Source of the DNA: Candidatus Bipolaricaulota bacterium
GTDB taxonomy: Bacteria > Bipolaricaulota > Bipolaricaulia > UBA7950 > UBA9294
DNA length: 32,509 bases
Direction: 5' to 3'
NCBI GenBank assembly: GCA_021129875.1
Contig: JAJOKK010000079.1
Location: 1-32,509, forward strand
Numbering within the stretch: the first letter of the stretch is position 1; each line of letters starts with the position of its first letter. A model generated the notes under the pieces. That model did no database searches. It was not told the DNA's origin and saw only the letters and a list, made by a program, of their open reading frames with translations. Shown here in pieces: positions 21,690 through 32,477 of the stretch. The position numbers and the translations under genes were made by a program.

Positions 21690-22136
21690 TTACACCACCT
21701 CAGCCTTTCCGCCGGCCTGCTCGATCTTCTCTTGCGCTGCGTGCGTGTAGCGATCGGCATGCACAGTCAGCGGCTTGGTCAGCTCGCCCCGGCCAAGGAT
21801 CTTAAGCCGCGACAGCCGCCCTTTAATCAGATTCATCTCCTGCAGCGCTGCCAGAGTCACCTCGGCCTGTGCTGGGAAGCGGCTCTCTAGGATGTCCAGA
21901 TTAACGCAGGCATACTCGATGCGTACAGGGTTACGAAAGCCCCGCTTAGGAAATCTCATCCAGACCGGTGTCTGTCCACCTTCATATCCAGGACGGACTC
22001 CGCCGCCGCTGCGAGAGTTCTGTCCCCCGCTCCCGCGACCGCTCTCGTGTCCACCGCGACCGGACCCGTACCCGCGCCCGACCCGCTTGCGGCGGTGCAC
22101 ACTTCCCTTTGTTGGACGCAGATCCTCAAGCTTCAT
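21690..22136 (-). CDS. rplO: 50S ribosomal protein L15.
   Basis: [28 protein letters not shown]. Confidence 0.95.
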   Translation of the reverse strand: MKLEDLRPTKGSVHRRKRVGRGYGSGRGGHESGRGSGGQNSRSGGGVRPGYEGGQTPVWMRFPKRGFRNPVRIEYACVNLDILESRFPAQAEVTLAALQEMNLIKGRLSRLKILGRGELTKPLTVHADRYTHAAQEKIEQAGGKAEVV

Positions 22137-22638
22137 TTTTAACCTCCTCGAGCGTCGCTATCCCCCGCAACGTCGCTATCTCTTCGCGACTGCGAAGCCG
22201 GACGAGACCGTCGATCGTCGCACGCGACAGAGTGAGTGGGTTGTTCGTCCCCAGGGACTTCGTAAGGACGTTCTTAATCCCGGCCAGGCGGCAGATTGCG
22301 CCGACAGTCACCCCGGCAATGATCCCGGTCCCGGGGTGAGCCGGCTTCAGCAGAACATTACCTGCCTTGAACTTGCCGATCACCTCATGGGGGAGTGTCC
22401 CATCGTCCAGATTGACCGTAACCATGTGCTTCTTCGCATCGCGCACAGCTTGCTGAATAGCACGCGGAATCTCAGTCGTATTTCCCAACCCGACCCCTAC
22501 GCGTCCTTTGCGGTCTCCAACGACGATCGTTACGCGAAATTTCAGGTTTCTTCCGCCTTTGGTGACCTTGCTGACCCGCCTAATATCAATTATCTCATTC
22601 TCAAACTCGTCGGTAGACCGACGCCGCGTGTTGATCAA
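22126..22638 (-). CDS. rpsE: 30S ribosomal protein S5.
   Basis: [29 protein letters not shown] start overlaps the rplR stop (TTGA). The 3' end overlaps the rplO start by 11 nt. Confidence 0.95.
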   Translation of the reverse strand: MINTRRRSTDEFENEIIDIRRVSKVTKGGRNLKFRVTIVVGDRKGRVGVGLGNTTEIPRAIQQAVRDAKKHMVTVNLDDGTLPHEVIGKFKAGNVLLKPAHPGTGIIAGVTVGAICRLAGIKNVLTKSLGTNNPLTLSRATIDGLVRLRSREEIATLRGIATLEEVKNEA

Positions 22639-22997
22639 AACCGCAACCCTCCCTTACGAGCAGCCTCCGCCAGAGCGACGACGACACCATGATACGGGTA
22701 CCCGCCGCGATCAAAGACCACTGCTTCGATCTCTTTCTCCTTTGCCCGCTCGGCCAGAAGCGCCCCCACCTTTGTCGCGGCAGGGATATTGCACCCGCTG
22801 GTCTCGCCTCTGATCCGGTCTTCCAGGGTCGATGCCGTAGCCACGGTCCTTCCCTCTTCGTCATTGACCAGCTGAGCATAGATGTGGCGCAGGCTTTTAT
22901 TAACACATAGCCGCGGCCGCGCCTCTGTCCCGCGCACCTTCTTTCGGAGTCGACGGTGACGCTTGATCCGCTCCGCCCTTCTATCTATCCTCGCCAT
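22635..22997 (-). CDS. rplR: 50S ribosomal protein L18.
   Basis: [31 protein letters not shown]. Confidence 0.95.
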   Translation of the reverse strand: MARIDRRAERIKRHRRLRKKVRGTEARPRLCVNKSLRHIYAQLVNDEEGRTVATASTLEDRIRGETSGCNIPAATKVGALLAERAKEKEIEAVVFDRGGYPYHGVVVALAEAARKGGLRF

Positions 22998-23014
22998 CTT
23001 AATTTAACCCCCAT

Positions 23015-23566
23015 TTATCCGGCGCCCTGGCCACCGAGCTTGCCCGCCTTATGCAGTACCTGCTCATCCTTGTAGCGAACACCTTTTCCACTATAGACAT
23101 TCGGCTTGCGCAACGCCCGTATCTCAGCCGCAACCTGGCCGACCGCCTGTTTATCGATCCCCCGGATGATGATTTCGTTCGGGTTCGGAAGCTCAGCCTC
23201 CACCCCGTCAGGCAGGGGATACTCGATCGGGTTGGAATACCCGAGGTCGAGGGTCAGGGTGTCACCCTTCAATCGGGCCCGATATCCGGCGCCCTTTACC
23301 AACAGCGCCTTCTCCCAGCGATCTGAGACCCCTCGAACCATGTTTGCGAGCAGGCTACGATAGAGACCGTGGCAGGCACGGTAATGCTTGCCATCCTTAC
23401 ATCGGCTCACTATCGCCACTCCGGCGTCGACTTTAATCTTCACCAGATCGGGACGGTAATCCTGCGCTAGACGACCATGTTTTCCTTCCACTGTGATCGC
23501 CGTCCGCGCCACATCGACCTTAACCCCGTCAGGGATCGTTATCGGAACCTTCCCCACCTTAGACAT
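23015..23566 (-). CDS. rplF: 50S ribosomal protein L6.
   Basis: MSKVGKVPITIPDGVKVDV. Confidence 0.95.
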   Translation of the reverse strand: MSKVGKVPITIPDGVKVDVARTAITVEGKHGRLAQDYRPDLVKIKVDAGVAIVSRCKDGKHYRACHGLYRSLLANMVRGVSDRWEKALLVKGAGYRARLKGDTLTLDLGYSNPIEYPLPDGVEAELPNPNEIIIRGIDKQAVGQVAAEIRALRKPNVYSGKGVRYKDEQVLHKAGKLGGQGAG

Positions 23567-23577
23567 CGAATACCACC

Positions 23578-23985
23578 TTAAAAGACCTCACAGAGAACCT
23601 CGCCGCCTATTCCTTTCTTCCTCGCCTCATCCCCGGAGAGGACCCCTTGCGAGGTGGAGACGATACAGATCCCCATCCCCCCTAACGGGCGTGGAATCTC
23701 GTCCTTTCCCATATAGATGCGGCGGCCTGGTTTACTCACCAGCCTGATCGTTGTGATCGCTTGTTTCGCGTGGATCCGCTCCCCTTGATACTTCAGTTCA
23801 AGCATAAGCTCAGGCTGAAGATCGTGCGGGATCATTTTGTGCCCTTTGATATACCCCTCAGCAGCAAGGACGCGGGCGATCGCCTCTTTCATCTTCGAGT
23901 GAGGCATCGACACCTGCGGATGGAACCTCGCGCTTGCATTTCGTATCCGCGTCAGCATATCGGCAACAGGATGCGATATCATCAT
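23578..23985 (-). CDS. rpsH: 30S ribosomal protein S8.
   Basis: PVADMLTRIRNA; AGGGAG lies 11 nt upstream of the first ATG. Confidence 0.95.
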   Translation of the reverse strand: MMISHPVADMLTRIRNASARFHPQVSMPHSKMKEAIARVLAAEGYIKGHKMIPHDLQPELMLELKYQGERIHAKQAITTIRLVSKPGRRIYMGKDEIPRPLGGMGICIVSTSQGVLSGDEARKKGIGGEVLCEVF

Positions 23986-24005
23986 TAGTGCTTTTCTCCC
24001 TTAAC

Positions 24006-24191
24006 TTACCAGCTCGATTTTCTCACGCCGGGGATCTCCCCTTTGTGAGCGAGCTTGCGGAAGCAGAGCCGGCACAGGCCAAAATCACGGATGTACGCGT
24101 GCGGACGACCGCACAGATTGCACCTATTGTACGCCCTGGCCGAATACTTCGGCTCCTGCTTACTCTTCAATATCAACGCTTTCTTCGCCAT
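24006..24191 (-). CDS. rpsZ: 30S ribosomal protein S14, type Z (zinc form).
   Basis: 61 aa with CNLCGR..CRLCFR. Confidence 0.95.
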   Translation of the reverse strand: MAKKALILKSKQEPKYSARAYNRCNLCGRPHAYIRDFGLCRLCFRKLAHKGEIPGVRKSSW

Positions 24192-24200
24192 AGACGCTCC

Positions 24201-24731
24201 CTAATCCTTGAACGGGAACCCAAGCCCCTTGAGCAGGGCGTAGCCCTCTTGGTCTGTCCTCGCTGTGGTGACGATCGTGATATCCATCCCTTGCCTTGCC
24301 GTGACCTCGTTGTAGGAGATCTCCGGGAAGGAGAGCTGTTCGCTCAATCCGAGCGTGTAGTTCCCCCGCCCATCGAACGAAGCAGCGGAGAGACCACGAA
24401 AATCCCGGACTCCGGGGAGGACCGTGTTTATCAGCTTGTTTAAGAATTCATACGCATGCACGCTCCGTAGCGTCACCTTGCACCCTATCGGATCGCCCGC
24501 CGTCAGATGGAAGTCGGAGATCGACTTCTTCGCCTTTGTCACCACCGGCCGCTGACCAGTGATCTTCGACAGGTTCTTCACCGCGCCCTCGAGCACCTTG
24601 GGGTTGTCCTTATCGGAGACACCCATATTGACGGCGATCTTCTCCAACCGCGGAACCTGCATCACATTCGCCAGGCGAAGCTCCTTCATCAACTGCGGGG
24701 TCACTTCTTTCTTGTATTTATTATGTAGCAT
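24201..24731 (-). CDS. rplE: 50S ribosomal protein L5.
   Basis: Start trimmed from TTG 24767 to ATG 24731 (MLHNKYKKEV.. matches the usual L5 N-terminus and removes the overlap with rplX). Confidence 0.93.
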   Translation of the reverse strand: MLHNKYKKEVTPQLMKELRLANVMQVPRLEKIAVNMGVSDKDNPKVLEGAVKNLSKITGQRPVVTKAKKSISDFHLTAGDPIGCKVTLRSVHAYEFLNKLINTVLPGVRDFRGLSAASFDGRGNYTLGLSEQLSFPEISYNEVTARQGMDITIVTTARTDQEGYALLKGLGFPFKD

Positions 24732-24736
24732 CTTCG

Positions 24737-25048
24737 TTACCTGAACGCCTTTCCACACTGGTTGCAACGACGCATCTTGTCGCCATCAACCACGGTGAAT
24801 CCGACCCGCGTCGGCAGGCCGCAGTCCGAACAGATCGGCAGCACGTTGGAGATGTGAATCGTCCCCTCGCGCCTGACGATCCCCGGCTCGCGCATCGTCT
24901 GCGTCGCCCGCTGGTGCTTGGTGATCATCCGCACATTCTCCACGATGATCCGCTCCCGTTCAGGGTAGACGACCAGCACCCTCCCAATCTTTCCCTTATC
25001 GTTGCCGGAGATGACCTTTACCCTATCCCCTTTACGCACCTTCCTCAT
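24737..25048 (-). CDS. rplX: 50S ribosomal protein L24 with a C-terminal Cys4 zinc ribbon.
   Basis: KGDRVKVISGNDKGKIG KOW motif; CSDCGLPTRV..RRCNQCG, as in Thermus L24. Confidence 0.95.
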   Translation of the reverse strand: MRKVRKGDRVKVISGNDKGKIGRVLVVYPERERIIVENVRMITKHQRATQTMREPGIVRREGTIHISNVLPICSDCGLPTRVGFTVVDGDKMRRCNQCGKAFR

Positions 25049-25063
25049 ATTGAAATACCCTCC

Positions 25064-25432
25064 TTATAGGACCTCGGGGGCGAGGGAGATGATCCGCGTC
25101 ATCTTCTTGTCCCGCAACTCGCGGGCGACCGGCCCAAAAACACGTGTTCCCACCGGCTCCCCCTGGGGATTGATGAGAACGACCGCGTTGTCGTCAAATC
25201 GGATGCAGGTCCCGTCCTTCCGCCGATACGCGCTGCGCGTGCGGACGATGACCCCCTTTACGATCTGCCCCTTTTCGATATCACTCGTAGGGAGGCGCCT
25301 ACGGACAGAACCGACGACGACATCGCCGATCTCCCCCCACCGTCTGTGCGAAGGACCAAGGACGTTGATACAGCGAATCAACTTCGCCCCGGAATTATCC
25401 GCCACTTTGAGCATCGTCTGCATCTGAATCAC
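25064..25432 (-). CDS. rplN: 50S ribosomal protein L14.
   Basis: (GTG)[16 protein letters not shown]. Confidence 0.95.
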   Translation of the reverse strand: MIQMQTMLKVADNSGAKLIRCINVLGPSHRRWGEIGDVVVGSVRRRLPTSDIEKGQIVKGVIVRTRSAYRRKDGTCIRFDDNAVVLINPQGEPVGTRVFGPVARELRDKKMTRIISLAPEVL

Positions 25433-25435
25433 GAC

Positions 25436-25681
25436 TTACGCCTCCGCTTTCTTAAGAATCTCTACCAGCCGCCACCGCTTCAACCGACTATACGGGCGTG
25501 TCTCTTCGATCCTCACCAGATCTCCAATTCCCGCCGCGCCGGCCGAATCGTGCGCGTAGAACTTGAAATGCCGCTTGAACCGCTTGTGATAGCGCCAGTG
25601 AAGGCGTTGTTCCTCCACGCGAACCACGATCGTCTGGGTCATGCGGTCACTCACGACATGTCCGATCTTCATCTTTTTCAT
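25436..25681 (-). CDS. rpsQ: 30S ribosomal protein S17.
   Basis: GHVVSDRMTQTIVVRVE; ATGA overlap with rpmC. Confidence 0.95.
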   Translation of the reverse strand: MKKMKIGHVVSDRMTQTIVVRVEEQRLHWRYHKRFKRHFKFYAHDSAGAAGIGDLVRIEETRPYSRLKRWRLVEILKKAEA

Positions 25682-25878
25682 CCTTTCGCCCCCCGTCTAT
25701 TTTCACGGGCGATGGTGATCGTCCGGGCGATATCCCGCCGGGTCTTCATCAGCTCGGCCGAGTTATCCAGTTCTCCGCCGGCCAACTGAAACCGCAAGTT
25801 GAATAGCTTCCGCTTGAACTCCCGTTCTTTCTCCTGCAGTTCCTCCCCGGTCAACTCTCGCAGCTCCTCAGCCTTCAT
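25678..25878 (-). CDS. rpmC: 50S ribosomal protein L29.
   Basis: [31 protein letters not shown]. Confidence 0.95.
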   Translation of the reverse strand: MKAEELRELTGEELQEKEREFKRKLFNLRFQLAGGELDNSAELMKTRRDIARTITIARENRRGAKG

Positions 25879-26306
25879 ACCTCTCCTCCCAATACGATCT
25901 TCTGTTTCAACCGTGTGGGAATCGGCAGTTTATGGCTCACAAGCTCGTGTACGCGCTTCGCCTCTTTCGTCCCGATTCCCGAAATCTCGAACAGGATCGT
26001 CCCCGGTTTGACCACTGCTACCCAGTGATCGACAGGCCCTTTCCCTTTTCCCATCCGCGCCTCCGCCGGATGTTTGGTGATCGGCTTATCGGGAAAGATG
26101 CGGATCCACGTCTTGGAATCACGGTGTGTCCGGCGGGAGATGGTTGTTCGGCACGCCTCGATCTGCTGCGCAGTAATCCATGCCGGGGCCAATGCCTGAA
26201 TCCCGTACTCCCCAAATGCAATCTCGCACCCGCGGGTCGCCTTCCCCTTCATCCGCCCACGGTGGGCCTTCCTGTATTTTGTCCTCTTCGGAAACAGAAG
26301 CGCCAT
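25875..26306 (-). CDS. rplP: 50S ribosomal protein L16.
   Basis: [17 protein letters not shown]. Confidence 0.95.
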   Translation of the reverse strand: MALLFPKRTKYRKAHRGRMKGKATRGCEIAFGEYGIQALAPAWITAQQIEACRTTISRRTHRDSKTWIRIFPDKPITKHPAEARMGKGKGPVDHWVAVVKPGTILFEISGIGTKEAKRVHELVSHKLPIPTRLKQKIVLGGEV

Positions 26307-26307
26307 C

Positions 26308-26967
26308 TTATTTTCTCACCCTATCCCGTCGTGCCTTCCCCGGAGTTTGCTCACCGCAGAAGACCCATGCCTTCACCCCTATATTGCCATACTTCGTCCG
26401 CGCTTCGGTGAACCCGTAGTCGATATCCGCACGGATCGTCTGTAGAGGAACACGCCCTTCCAGCATCGTGATCGAACGAGCGATATCCGCTCCGCCGAGC
26501 CGCCCGCTGACCTTGAGCTTGACCCCTTCAGCACCGGCACCGAGCACACGTCGTATGACCTCTTTCATCGCCCTCGCAGGCGCCATGCGCCCTTCGATCT
26601 GCAGCGCCACGTCCTGCGAGACGAGCACTGCCTCTAAATCAGGACGTTCGACCTCGGTGATCGACACCTTCACCGACCGGCCGGTAAAGTCCTCCAGCGT
26701 TCGCTGTAACTTCTGAATCTCGCTCCCACCACGGCCGATGATGATCCCGGGTCGCGCAGAGCGGATGATAATCGAGATGCGATCCTCTTTGGATCGCTCG
26801 ATGTTCACCTCGGCGACCGCGGCACGACTGTACCGCTCGCCGATCAGATCGCGGACCCGTTTATCCTCCGCGATATACTCCGGAGCCAGTTTGGGATTAT
26901 ACCAGTTGGAGATCCACTTGCGTGTCACCCCTACCCGAAATCCGATCGGATGGATCTTCTGTCCCAT
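26308..26967 (-). CDS. rpsC: 30S ribosomal protein S3.
   Basis: [18 protein letters not shown]. Confidence 0.95.
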   Translation of the reverse strand: MGQKIHPIGFRVGVTRKWISNWYNPKLAPEYIAEDKRVRDLIGERYSRAAVAEVNIERSKEDRISIIIRSARPGIIIGRGGSEIQKLQRTLEDFTGRSVKVSITEVERPDLEAVLVSQDVALQIEGRMAPARAMKEVIRRVLGAGAEGVKLKVSGRLGGADIARSITMLEGRVPLQTIRADIDYGFTEARTKYGNIGVKAWVFCGEQTPGKARRDRVRK

Positions 26968-27305
26968 TATGCTCCCCCTTCCCCGACGACGATCGTAATA
27001 TGGCTCGTCGGCCGGCGGATGATATCGGCCCGTCCCATCGCCCGCGGCTTCAACCGCCGCAGGCCGCGCCCCATATCTACCGTGGCCCGTACAACAAACA
27101 GCTGGTCCACATCGATATCATAGAGATCCTCAGCATTAGCGATCGCCGATTGCAAAGTCTTCCGTATCGGTCGCGCCGCCTTTTTGTTCGACAAGGAGAC
27201 GATTTGAAGCGCCTCATTGACGCTCTTGCCGCGGATGAGATCGATCACCAACCGCGCCTTGCGCGTCGATAGGCGAACGCCCTTTGTGATTGCCCGTGCT
27301 TCCAT
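26967..27305 (-). CDS. rplV: 50S ribosomal protein L22.
   Basis: [23 protein letters not shown]. Confidence 0.95.
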   Translation of the reverse strand: MEARAITKGVRLSTRKARLVIDLIRGKSVNEALQIVSLSNKKAARPIRKTLQSAIANAEDLYDIDVDQLFVVRATVDMGRGLRRLKPRAMGRADIIRRPTSHITIVVGEGGA

Positions 27306-27315
27306 CTTATCTCCC

Positions 27316-27600
27316 TTAAGTCAGGCCCGCCGCCCGCTTCTTCTTCATCCCGCCGTGGCTGCGGAAGGTCCGTGTGGGGGAAAATTCTCCCAGTTTATGC
27401 CCGACCATTGTCTCCGCAACATGAACAGGTACATGCACCTTTCCGTTATGGACCTTGATCGTCAACCCAACCATCTCCGGGGTGATCATCGAAGCCCGCG
27501 ACCACGTCTTGATCTCCGTAAGCTCTCCCCGCTTTGCTTTGCGGACCTTTTTAAGGAGGCTCTCCAATACATACGGTCCTTTCTTTGTCGATCTCGGCAT
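27316..27600 (-). CDS. rpsS: 30S ribosomal protein S19.
   Basis: [24 protein letters not shown]. Confidence 0.95.
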   Translation of the reverse strand: MPRSTKKGPYVLESLLKKVRKAKRGELTEIKTWSRASMITPEMVGLTIKVHNGKVHVPVHVAETMVGHKLGEFSPTRTFRSHGGMKKKRAAGLT

Positions 27601-27611
27601 TACTTAACTCC

Positions 27612-28448
27612 TTAGCGTCTCCCTTTGCCGGCACGGCGCACGATCAACGCGCTCGATCGCTTCCGCTTCTTCCGTGTACGCCCGCCCTTTGCCAGCTTCC
27701 CTGTCGGCGACACCTGCGGACGACCGACACGGGCACGCCCCTCACCACCACCGTGCGGATGGTCGACCGGGTTCATCGCCACCCCCCGCACATGCGGCTT
27801 GCGGCCCAGATGTCTAGTGCGGCCCGCCTTACCGGATTTTATATTCTTGTGGTCGGGGTTGGAGACCTCTCCGATGGTTGCACGGCACTCCACGTTGAAG
27901 ATCCGTACCTCCCCGGAGGGCATTCGGATATGGGCCCGTTTCCCTTCCTTGCCGATCAGCTTCGCCGACGTCCCTGCCGAGCGCGCCACCTGCCCACCCC
28001 GTCCCGGAGTCAGTTCGAGGTTGTGGATCACCGCCCCTAAAGGAATACGGCGTATGGGAAGAGCATTGCCAACTCTAATCTCCGCCTGTTCACCCGCCTC
28101 CACTTGTGCACCGATCTTAAGCTCGACAGGGGCGACGATGTACCGCTTCTCCCCGTCGGCGTAATGCAGAAGCGTGATCCACGCAGATCGATTCGGATCG
28201 TACTCACGCGTGACCACCTTTGCTGGGATCCCATCCTTGCTGCGGGTGAAATCAATGACCCGGTATCTCCGCTTATGTCCGCCGCCGCGAAAGCGTGCGG
28301 TTATCCTCCCTTGATTGTTCCGCCCTCCGGTCTTGTGGATGGGGCGCAGCAGGCTCTTCTCCGGCTCAACCGGTGTAAGCTCGCTGAAATCAGGAAGATC
28401 GGCATGGCGCCGTCCCGGTGATGTCGGCTTAAATCTCTTTAAAGACAT
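27612..28448 (-). CDS. rplB: 50S ribosomal protein L2.
   Basis: 278 aa; [19 protein letters not shown]. Confidence 0.95.
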   Translation of the reverse strand: MSLKRFKPTSPGRRHADLPDFSELTPVEPEKSLLRPIHKTGGRNNQGRITARFRGGGHKRRYRVIDFTRSKDGIPAKVVTREYDPNRSAWITLLHYADGEKRYIVAPVELKIGAQVEAGEQAEIRVGNALPIRRIPLGAVIHNLELTPGRGGQVARSAGTSAKLIGKEGKRAHIRMPSGEVRIFNVECRATIGEVSNPDHKNIKSGKAGRTRHLGRKPHVRGVAMNPVDHPHGGGEGRARVGRPQVSPTGKLAKGGRTRKKRKRSSALIVRRAGKGRR

Positions 28449-28454
28449 ACTTTG

Positions 28455-28754
28455 CTATCCCCCCATTATGTCGATCTTATCCCCAGAGGCCAGCTTTACG
28501 ATCGCCTTCCGCCACCGTGATTTCCGCCCTTGCAACTGGTTCAATCTCTCTCGACGAGGCTTCCCTTTCCTATTTGCGGTCCAGACCTTCTCGACCTTTA
28601 CCTTGAACAGCTCCTCGACCGCCTTCTTGATCTCAATCTTGTTCGTGCCAAGGGCGACCCGGAAGGAGTACTTGTTCTCCGTCATCTTTTCCCATGTTTC
28701 CTCAGTCAGAATCGGCGCGAGGATGATGTCCTCCGAATGCTTCAGCTTCGCCAT
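28455..28754 (-). CDS. rplW: 50S ribosomal protein L23.
   Basis: Start trimmed from GTG 28763 to ATG 28754 (GGAGAGGTG lies 6 nt upstream; 2 nt after the rplD TAG). Confidence 0.93.
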   Translation of the reverse strand: MAKLKHSEDIILAPILTEETWEKMTENKYSFRVALGTNKIEIKKAVEELFKVKVEKVWTANRKGKPRRERLNQLQGRKSRWRKAIVKLASGDKIDIMGG

Positions 28755-28756
28755 CT

Positions 28757-29386
28757 CTAGCACCTCTCCTTCAATTCATCGAGCGCCATGCGTGTCAACA
28801 CCAATCCCTCGTGACGCAAAACGTCATACACATTAATCCCGGCGCAGGCAAGACACTTGACTCCGTGAAGATTAGAGAAGGATTTCCTAACCTCGCGATT
28901 ATACTCGCCGGAGCCGACCACAACCAGGGTGGTGGCCCCCATCCCCAACCGTCCAAGGAGGGAGATCGCCTCTTTGGTCTTCGGCACATCGAACCGGATG
29001 CGATCGATCAGAACAATCTGACCATCGCGCGCCCGATCGGAGAGTGCTGAAGAAAGGGCCCTCTTGCGCATCTTCTTCGTCAGCTTGACATTATAAGAGC
29101 GCGGCTTCGGGCCAAAGACCGTTCCACCGCCGACCCACAACGGTGAGCGGCGCGATCCGGCACGTGCACGTCCGGTCCCCTTCTGTCGCCAGGGCTTGCG
29201 CCCTCCCCCTCGCACCTCGCCGCGCGTCTTGGTCGAACTCGTCCCCTGACGGCGATTCATCAGCTGCATCCGCACAGTACGATAGAGCAGGTCTGGATTA
29301 ACCCGTGCTCCGAAGATCTGTTCATTCAGTTCTACGACCGCGGGCTCTCCCGCCGTATCGAGTGTATATTCCTTCGCTTCAACCAT
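28757..29386 (-). CDS. rplD: 50S ribosomal protein L4.
   Basis: [19 protein letters not shown]. Confidence 0.95.
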   Translation of the reverse strand: MVEAKEYTLDTAGEPAVVELNEQIFGARVNPDLLYRTVRMQLMNRRQGTSSTKTRGEVRGGGRKPWRQKGTGRARAGSRRSPLWVGGGTVFGPKPRSYNVKLTKKMRKRALSSALSDRARDGQIVLIDRIRFDVPKTKEAISLLGRLGMGATTLVVVGSGEYNREVRKSFSNLHGVKCLACAGINVYDVLRHEGLVLTRMALDELKERC

Positions 29387-30002
29387 TGCTCTTCCTTAGC
29401 TGCAAGATGGTCCCCCGCGCCCCTGGTGTGGACCCTTTGAGAACGATCAGGTTCCTCCCCGGATCAACGCGTAAGACCTTCAGTCCTTTGACCGTGATGC
29501 GCCGGTTTCCAGTCTGGCCGGGGAGCTTCTTCCCCTTGACCACGCGCCCCGGATTGACACAGTTTCCCACCGATCCCGGACGCCGATGAAAGTGCGATCC
29601 ATGTGATGCCGGGCCGCCGGCGAAGTCCCAGCGCTTCACTACCCCTTGAAAACCCAATCCGCGAGAGGTTCCGACCACATCGACCTTCTCCCCTTCGGCG
29701 AAGATCTCAAGGCCGACCTGGTCCCCCAACTTGTACGCGGAAGGATCGTCGATCCGCGCCTCGAACAGGTGCCGGTGCGACGCTACGCCCGCCTTCTGAT
29801 AGTGTCCGCGAAGAGGACGGGTGACCTTGCGGTCGGGGACCTCCCCGTAGGCAAGTTGGATCGCGTTGTACCCATCTGTCTCCACGGTCTTTATCTGCAC
29901 CACCGTGCAGGGTTGCGTCTCGATGACCGTTGTACCGACAGCACTGCCATCGGGGAACAACTGCGTCATCCCTATCTTTCGTGCTAAGATCGCTAGACCC
30001 AT
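29379..30002 (-). CDS. rplC: 50S ribosomal protein L3.
   Basis: MGLAILARKIGMTQLF; FQGVVKRW. Confidence 0.95.
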   Translation of the reverse strand: MGLAILARKIGMTQLFPDGSAVGTTVIETQPCTVVQIKTVETDGYNAIQLAYGEVPDRKVTRPLRGHYQKAGVASHRHLFEARIDDPSAYKLGDQVGLEIFAEGEKVDVVGTSRGLGFQGVVKRWDFAGGPASHGSHFHRRPGSVGNCVNPGRVVKGKKLPGQTGNRRITVKGLKVLRVDPGRNLIVLKGSTPGARGTILQLRKSNG

Positions 30003-30033
30003 CCGCCCAAACCTCCGCTTTCTTTCCGTAGAA

Positions 30034-30060
30034 CTTGATCTCTATGCCGCTCCCCGTAGG
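30034..30060. repeat. Spacer copy of the rpsJ 3' end.
   Basis: CTTGATCTCTATGCCGCTCCCCGTAGG versus coding 30097-30123 TTTAATCTCTATATCGATCCCCGTAGG: 22/27 identical. Confidence 0.8.
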
Positions 30061-30090
30061 GGCTTGATCTCCATTCTTAGAGTTTGATCT

Positions 30091-30399
30091 CTAGAGTTTA
30101 ATCTCTATATCGATCCCCGTAGGAAGCTCGATCTCCATCAGGGCGTTAATTGTCTCAGAGGTCGGCTCTTTGATATCGATTAGACGGGTATGAACCCGTC
30201 GCTCAAAGTGCTCCATCGACATCTTGTCGATATGGGGAGACCGGAGGACCGTGTAGATCCGCTTCTCCGTCGGAAGAGGAATAGGACCGGAGATCTTGGC
30301 CCGGGATTCCTTAGCCGAATCCACGATCTTCTTGATCGAGATCTCGACTAACTCGTGATCATAGCCGCGCAGCTTAATTCTGATCTTCTCTCTCGCCAT
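30091..30399 (-). CDS. rpsJ: 30S ribosomal protein S10.
   Basis: IRIKLRGYDHELVE..PLPTEKRIYTVLRSPH. Confidence 0.95.
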   Translation of the reverse strand: MAREKIRIKLRGYDHELVEISIKKIVDSAKESRAKISGPIPLPTEKRIYTVLRSPHIDKMSMEHFERRVHTRLIDIKEPTSETINALMEIELPTGIDIEIKL

Positions 30400-30401
30400 C
30401 T

Positions 30402-32477
30402 TTAATAACCTCTGCTCCTGATGATCTTATCTCGCAGCCCTTCCGGGACCACGCCGTATCGCGTCACCCGCAGCGCGTAAGTAGCCCTCCCTTGGGTTAA
30501 AGAGCGCAGCCGCGTCGCATATCCGAGCGTCTCCCCCAAGGGGACGGAGACGAAGACGTTCTGAACCGTCTCCCGCGACCGCATCTCACGGATCTCCCCG
30601 CGCCGACGCGCCAGATCTTCCAACACCTCTCCCAGATAATCACCCGGGGTGATAACCTCCCCCTCCATAATAGGCTCGAGAAGGCCAAAACTCCCCTTAC
30701 TAAATGCCTTGTGAAGTGCAGCCGCTGCGGCCGCACGAAAGGCCAGCTCAGACGAATCCACCGGATGAAAAGACCCACCGATTAAGGCAGCGCCAATATC
30801 TACCAAAGGATACCCGGCAAGGGGGCCATTTGTCAACGTCTCGCGCACCCCCTCCTCGATCGCCGCGCGGTAAGCACGCGGAATATCGCTCTCCTTCGCC
30901 GGATCCGTGAATTCAAAGCCGCTTTCGCGCGGGAGCGGCTTGAGGCGGATGATCACATGTCCGTACTGACCCCGCCCGCCGACCTGTCTGACAAACCGCT
31001 CTTCCACTTCGATCGGCTCATGCAGTGTCTCCAGATAGGCAACCTGCGGCTTCCCAACATGGACAAATACCCCGAACTCCTCGCGCAACCGGCGCACAAG
31101 CACCTCGAGATGCAGCTCTCCCATCCCCGCAATGACCGTCTGGTTCGTCTCCTTATCGAAGCGAATGTGAAAGGTCGGGTCCTCTGCGGCGAGTTTCCCT
31201 AACCCCTCGATGAGCGCCCTTTGTTCGGCTTCGGTACGCGGTTCAACCGCGATGAAGACGACCGGCTCGGGAAACTCGATCTTCTCCAGCAGGATCGGGG
31301 ACGACTTGGCGCAGAGCGTCTCCCCGGTTGAGATCTCCCCAGAACCGACTACAGCCACGATATCCCCCGCCTCCATCGCTGAGAGCGGCGTGCGATGGTT
31401 GGCGTGCATGCGGAAGATCTTCATCACCCGCAGACCCTTTCCGGTCGACATGTTGAGCGCATGCCCACCCGCCGTCACCCGTCCTGAGTAGACACGGACA
31501 AAGACCAGCCGGCCTGCGTAGCGATCGGTAACAACCTTGAACGCGAGCGCGGAAAATGGTCCCTCGGCCGAAGCCGTGCGCACCTCCTCACTCCCCACCC
31601 CGCATACCGCGGGGACATCCACCGGAGAAGGGAGATAGCGGACGACCGCATCGAGGAGCGGCTGGATTCCCTGGTTCTGAAAGGCCGACCCCCCAAGAAC
31701 AGGGATGAATCCATGCTCGATACACCCGCGCCGAAGCGCGGCATGGAATGCAGGTCCGTCCACATTCTCTCCGGCAAGGTAGGCTTCCACCACCCGATCA
31801 TCGATCTCCGCGACCCGCTCGATCGCGGTCTCCCGATAGTGCTCGACCTCATCTTCCATCCGATCAGGTACGGGAAGGAGATCATAGCGCGCCCCTTTGC
31901 TCTCTGCGTCCCAGAGAATGAGGCTGCGGCGCAGAAGGTCGATCATCCCGATCAGACGGCGATCTTCATCGCGGTAGGGAATCTGCAGCGGAACGACGAC
32001 CGCTCCCAACTGGCCCTCGATCACCGCCAGCGTCTGCTCAAAATCCGCCTCTACGCGGTCGAGCTTATTTACGAACGCCAAGCGTGGAATGCAGTAGCGA
32101 TCAGCCTGCCGCCAGACCGCCTCCGATTGCGACTCGACCATCTCCACACCGGAGAAGACGACCACCCCACCGTCCAGAACACGCAGGCTTCGCTCCACCT
32201 CGGCGGTGAAGTCAACGTGCCCCGGGGTGTCGATGATGTTGATCCGATTGTCGCTCCAGAAGCAGGTCGTTGCCGCGGAGGTGATCGTAATCCCTCGCTC
32301 CCGTTCCTGGACCATCCAGTCCATCTCCGTATCCCCTTCGTGGACCTCCCCCATTCTGTGGGTATGCCCGGTGTAATAGAGGATCCGTTCCGTGGTCGTC
32401 GTCTTCCCTGCATCGATATGCGCCATGATGCCGATGTTGCGAACACGCTCTATCGCCACAGAAGCATCATTGGACAT
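30402..32477 (-). CDS. fusA: Elongation factor G.
   Basis: [22 protein letters not shown]. Longest ORF starts at ATG 32483; ATG 32477 has GAGG 6 nt upstream. Stop lies 2 nt before the rpsJ ATG. Confidence 0.9.
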   Translation of the reverse strand: MSNDASVAIERVRNIGIMAHIDAGKTTTTERILYYTGHTHRMGEVHEGDTEMDWMVQERERGITITSAATTCFWSDNRINIIDTPGHVDFTAEVERSLRVLDGGVVVFSGVEMVESQSEAVWRQADRYCIPRLAFVNKLDRVEADFEQTLAVIEGQLGAVVVPLQIPYRDEDRRLIGMIDLLRRSLILWDAESKGARYDLLPVPDRMEDEVEHYRETAIERVAEIDDRVVEAYLAGENVDGPAFHAALRRGCIEHGFIPVLGGSAFQNQGIQPLLDAVVRYLPSPVDVPAVCGVGSEEVRTASAEGPFSALAFKVVTDRYAGRLVFVRVYSGRVTAGGHALNMSTGKGLRVMKIFRMHANHRTPLSAMEAGDIVAVVGSGEISTGETLCAKSSPILLEKIEFPEPVVFIAVEPRTEAEQRALIEGLGKLAAEDPTFHIRFDKETNQTVIAGMGELHLEVLVRRLREEFGVFVHVGKPQVAYLETLHEPIEVEERFVRQVGGRGQYGHVIIRLKPLPRESGFEFTDPAKESDIPRAYRAAIEEGVRETLTNGPLAGYPLVDIGAALIGGSFHPVDSSELAFRAAAAAALHKAFSKGSFGLLEPIMEGEVITPGDYLGEVLEDLARRRGEIREMRSRETVQNVFVSVPLGETLGYATRLRSLTQGRATYALRVTRYGVVPEGLRDKIIRSRGY

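Noticed and set aside
22126-22136. A hidden small rpmD ORF below the ORF-track cut-off.
   Set aside because: The rpsE stop lies inside rplO, so no intergenic space or alternative frame of adequate length exists.
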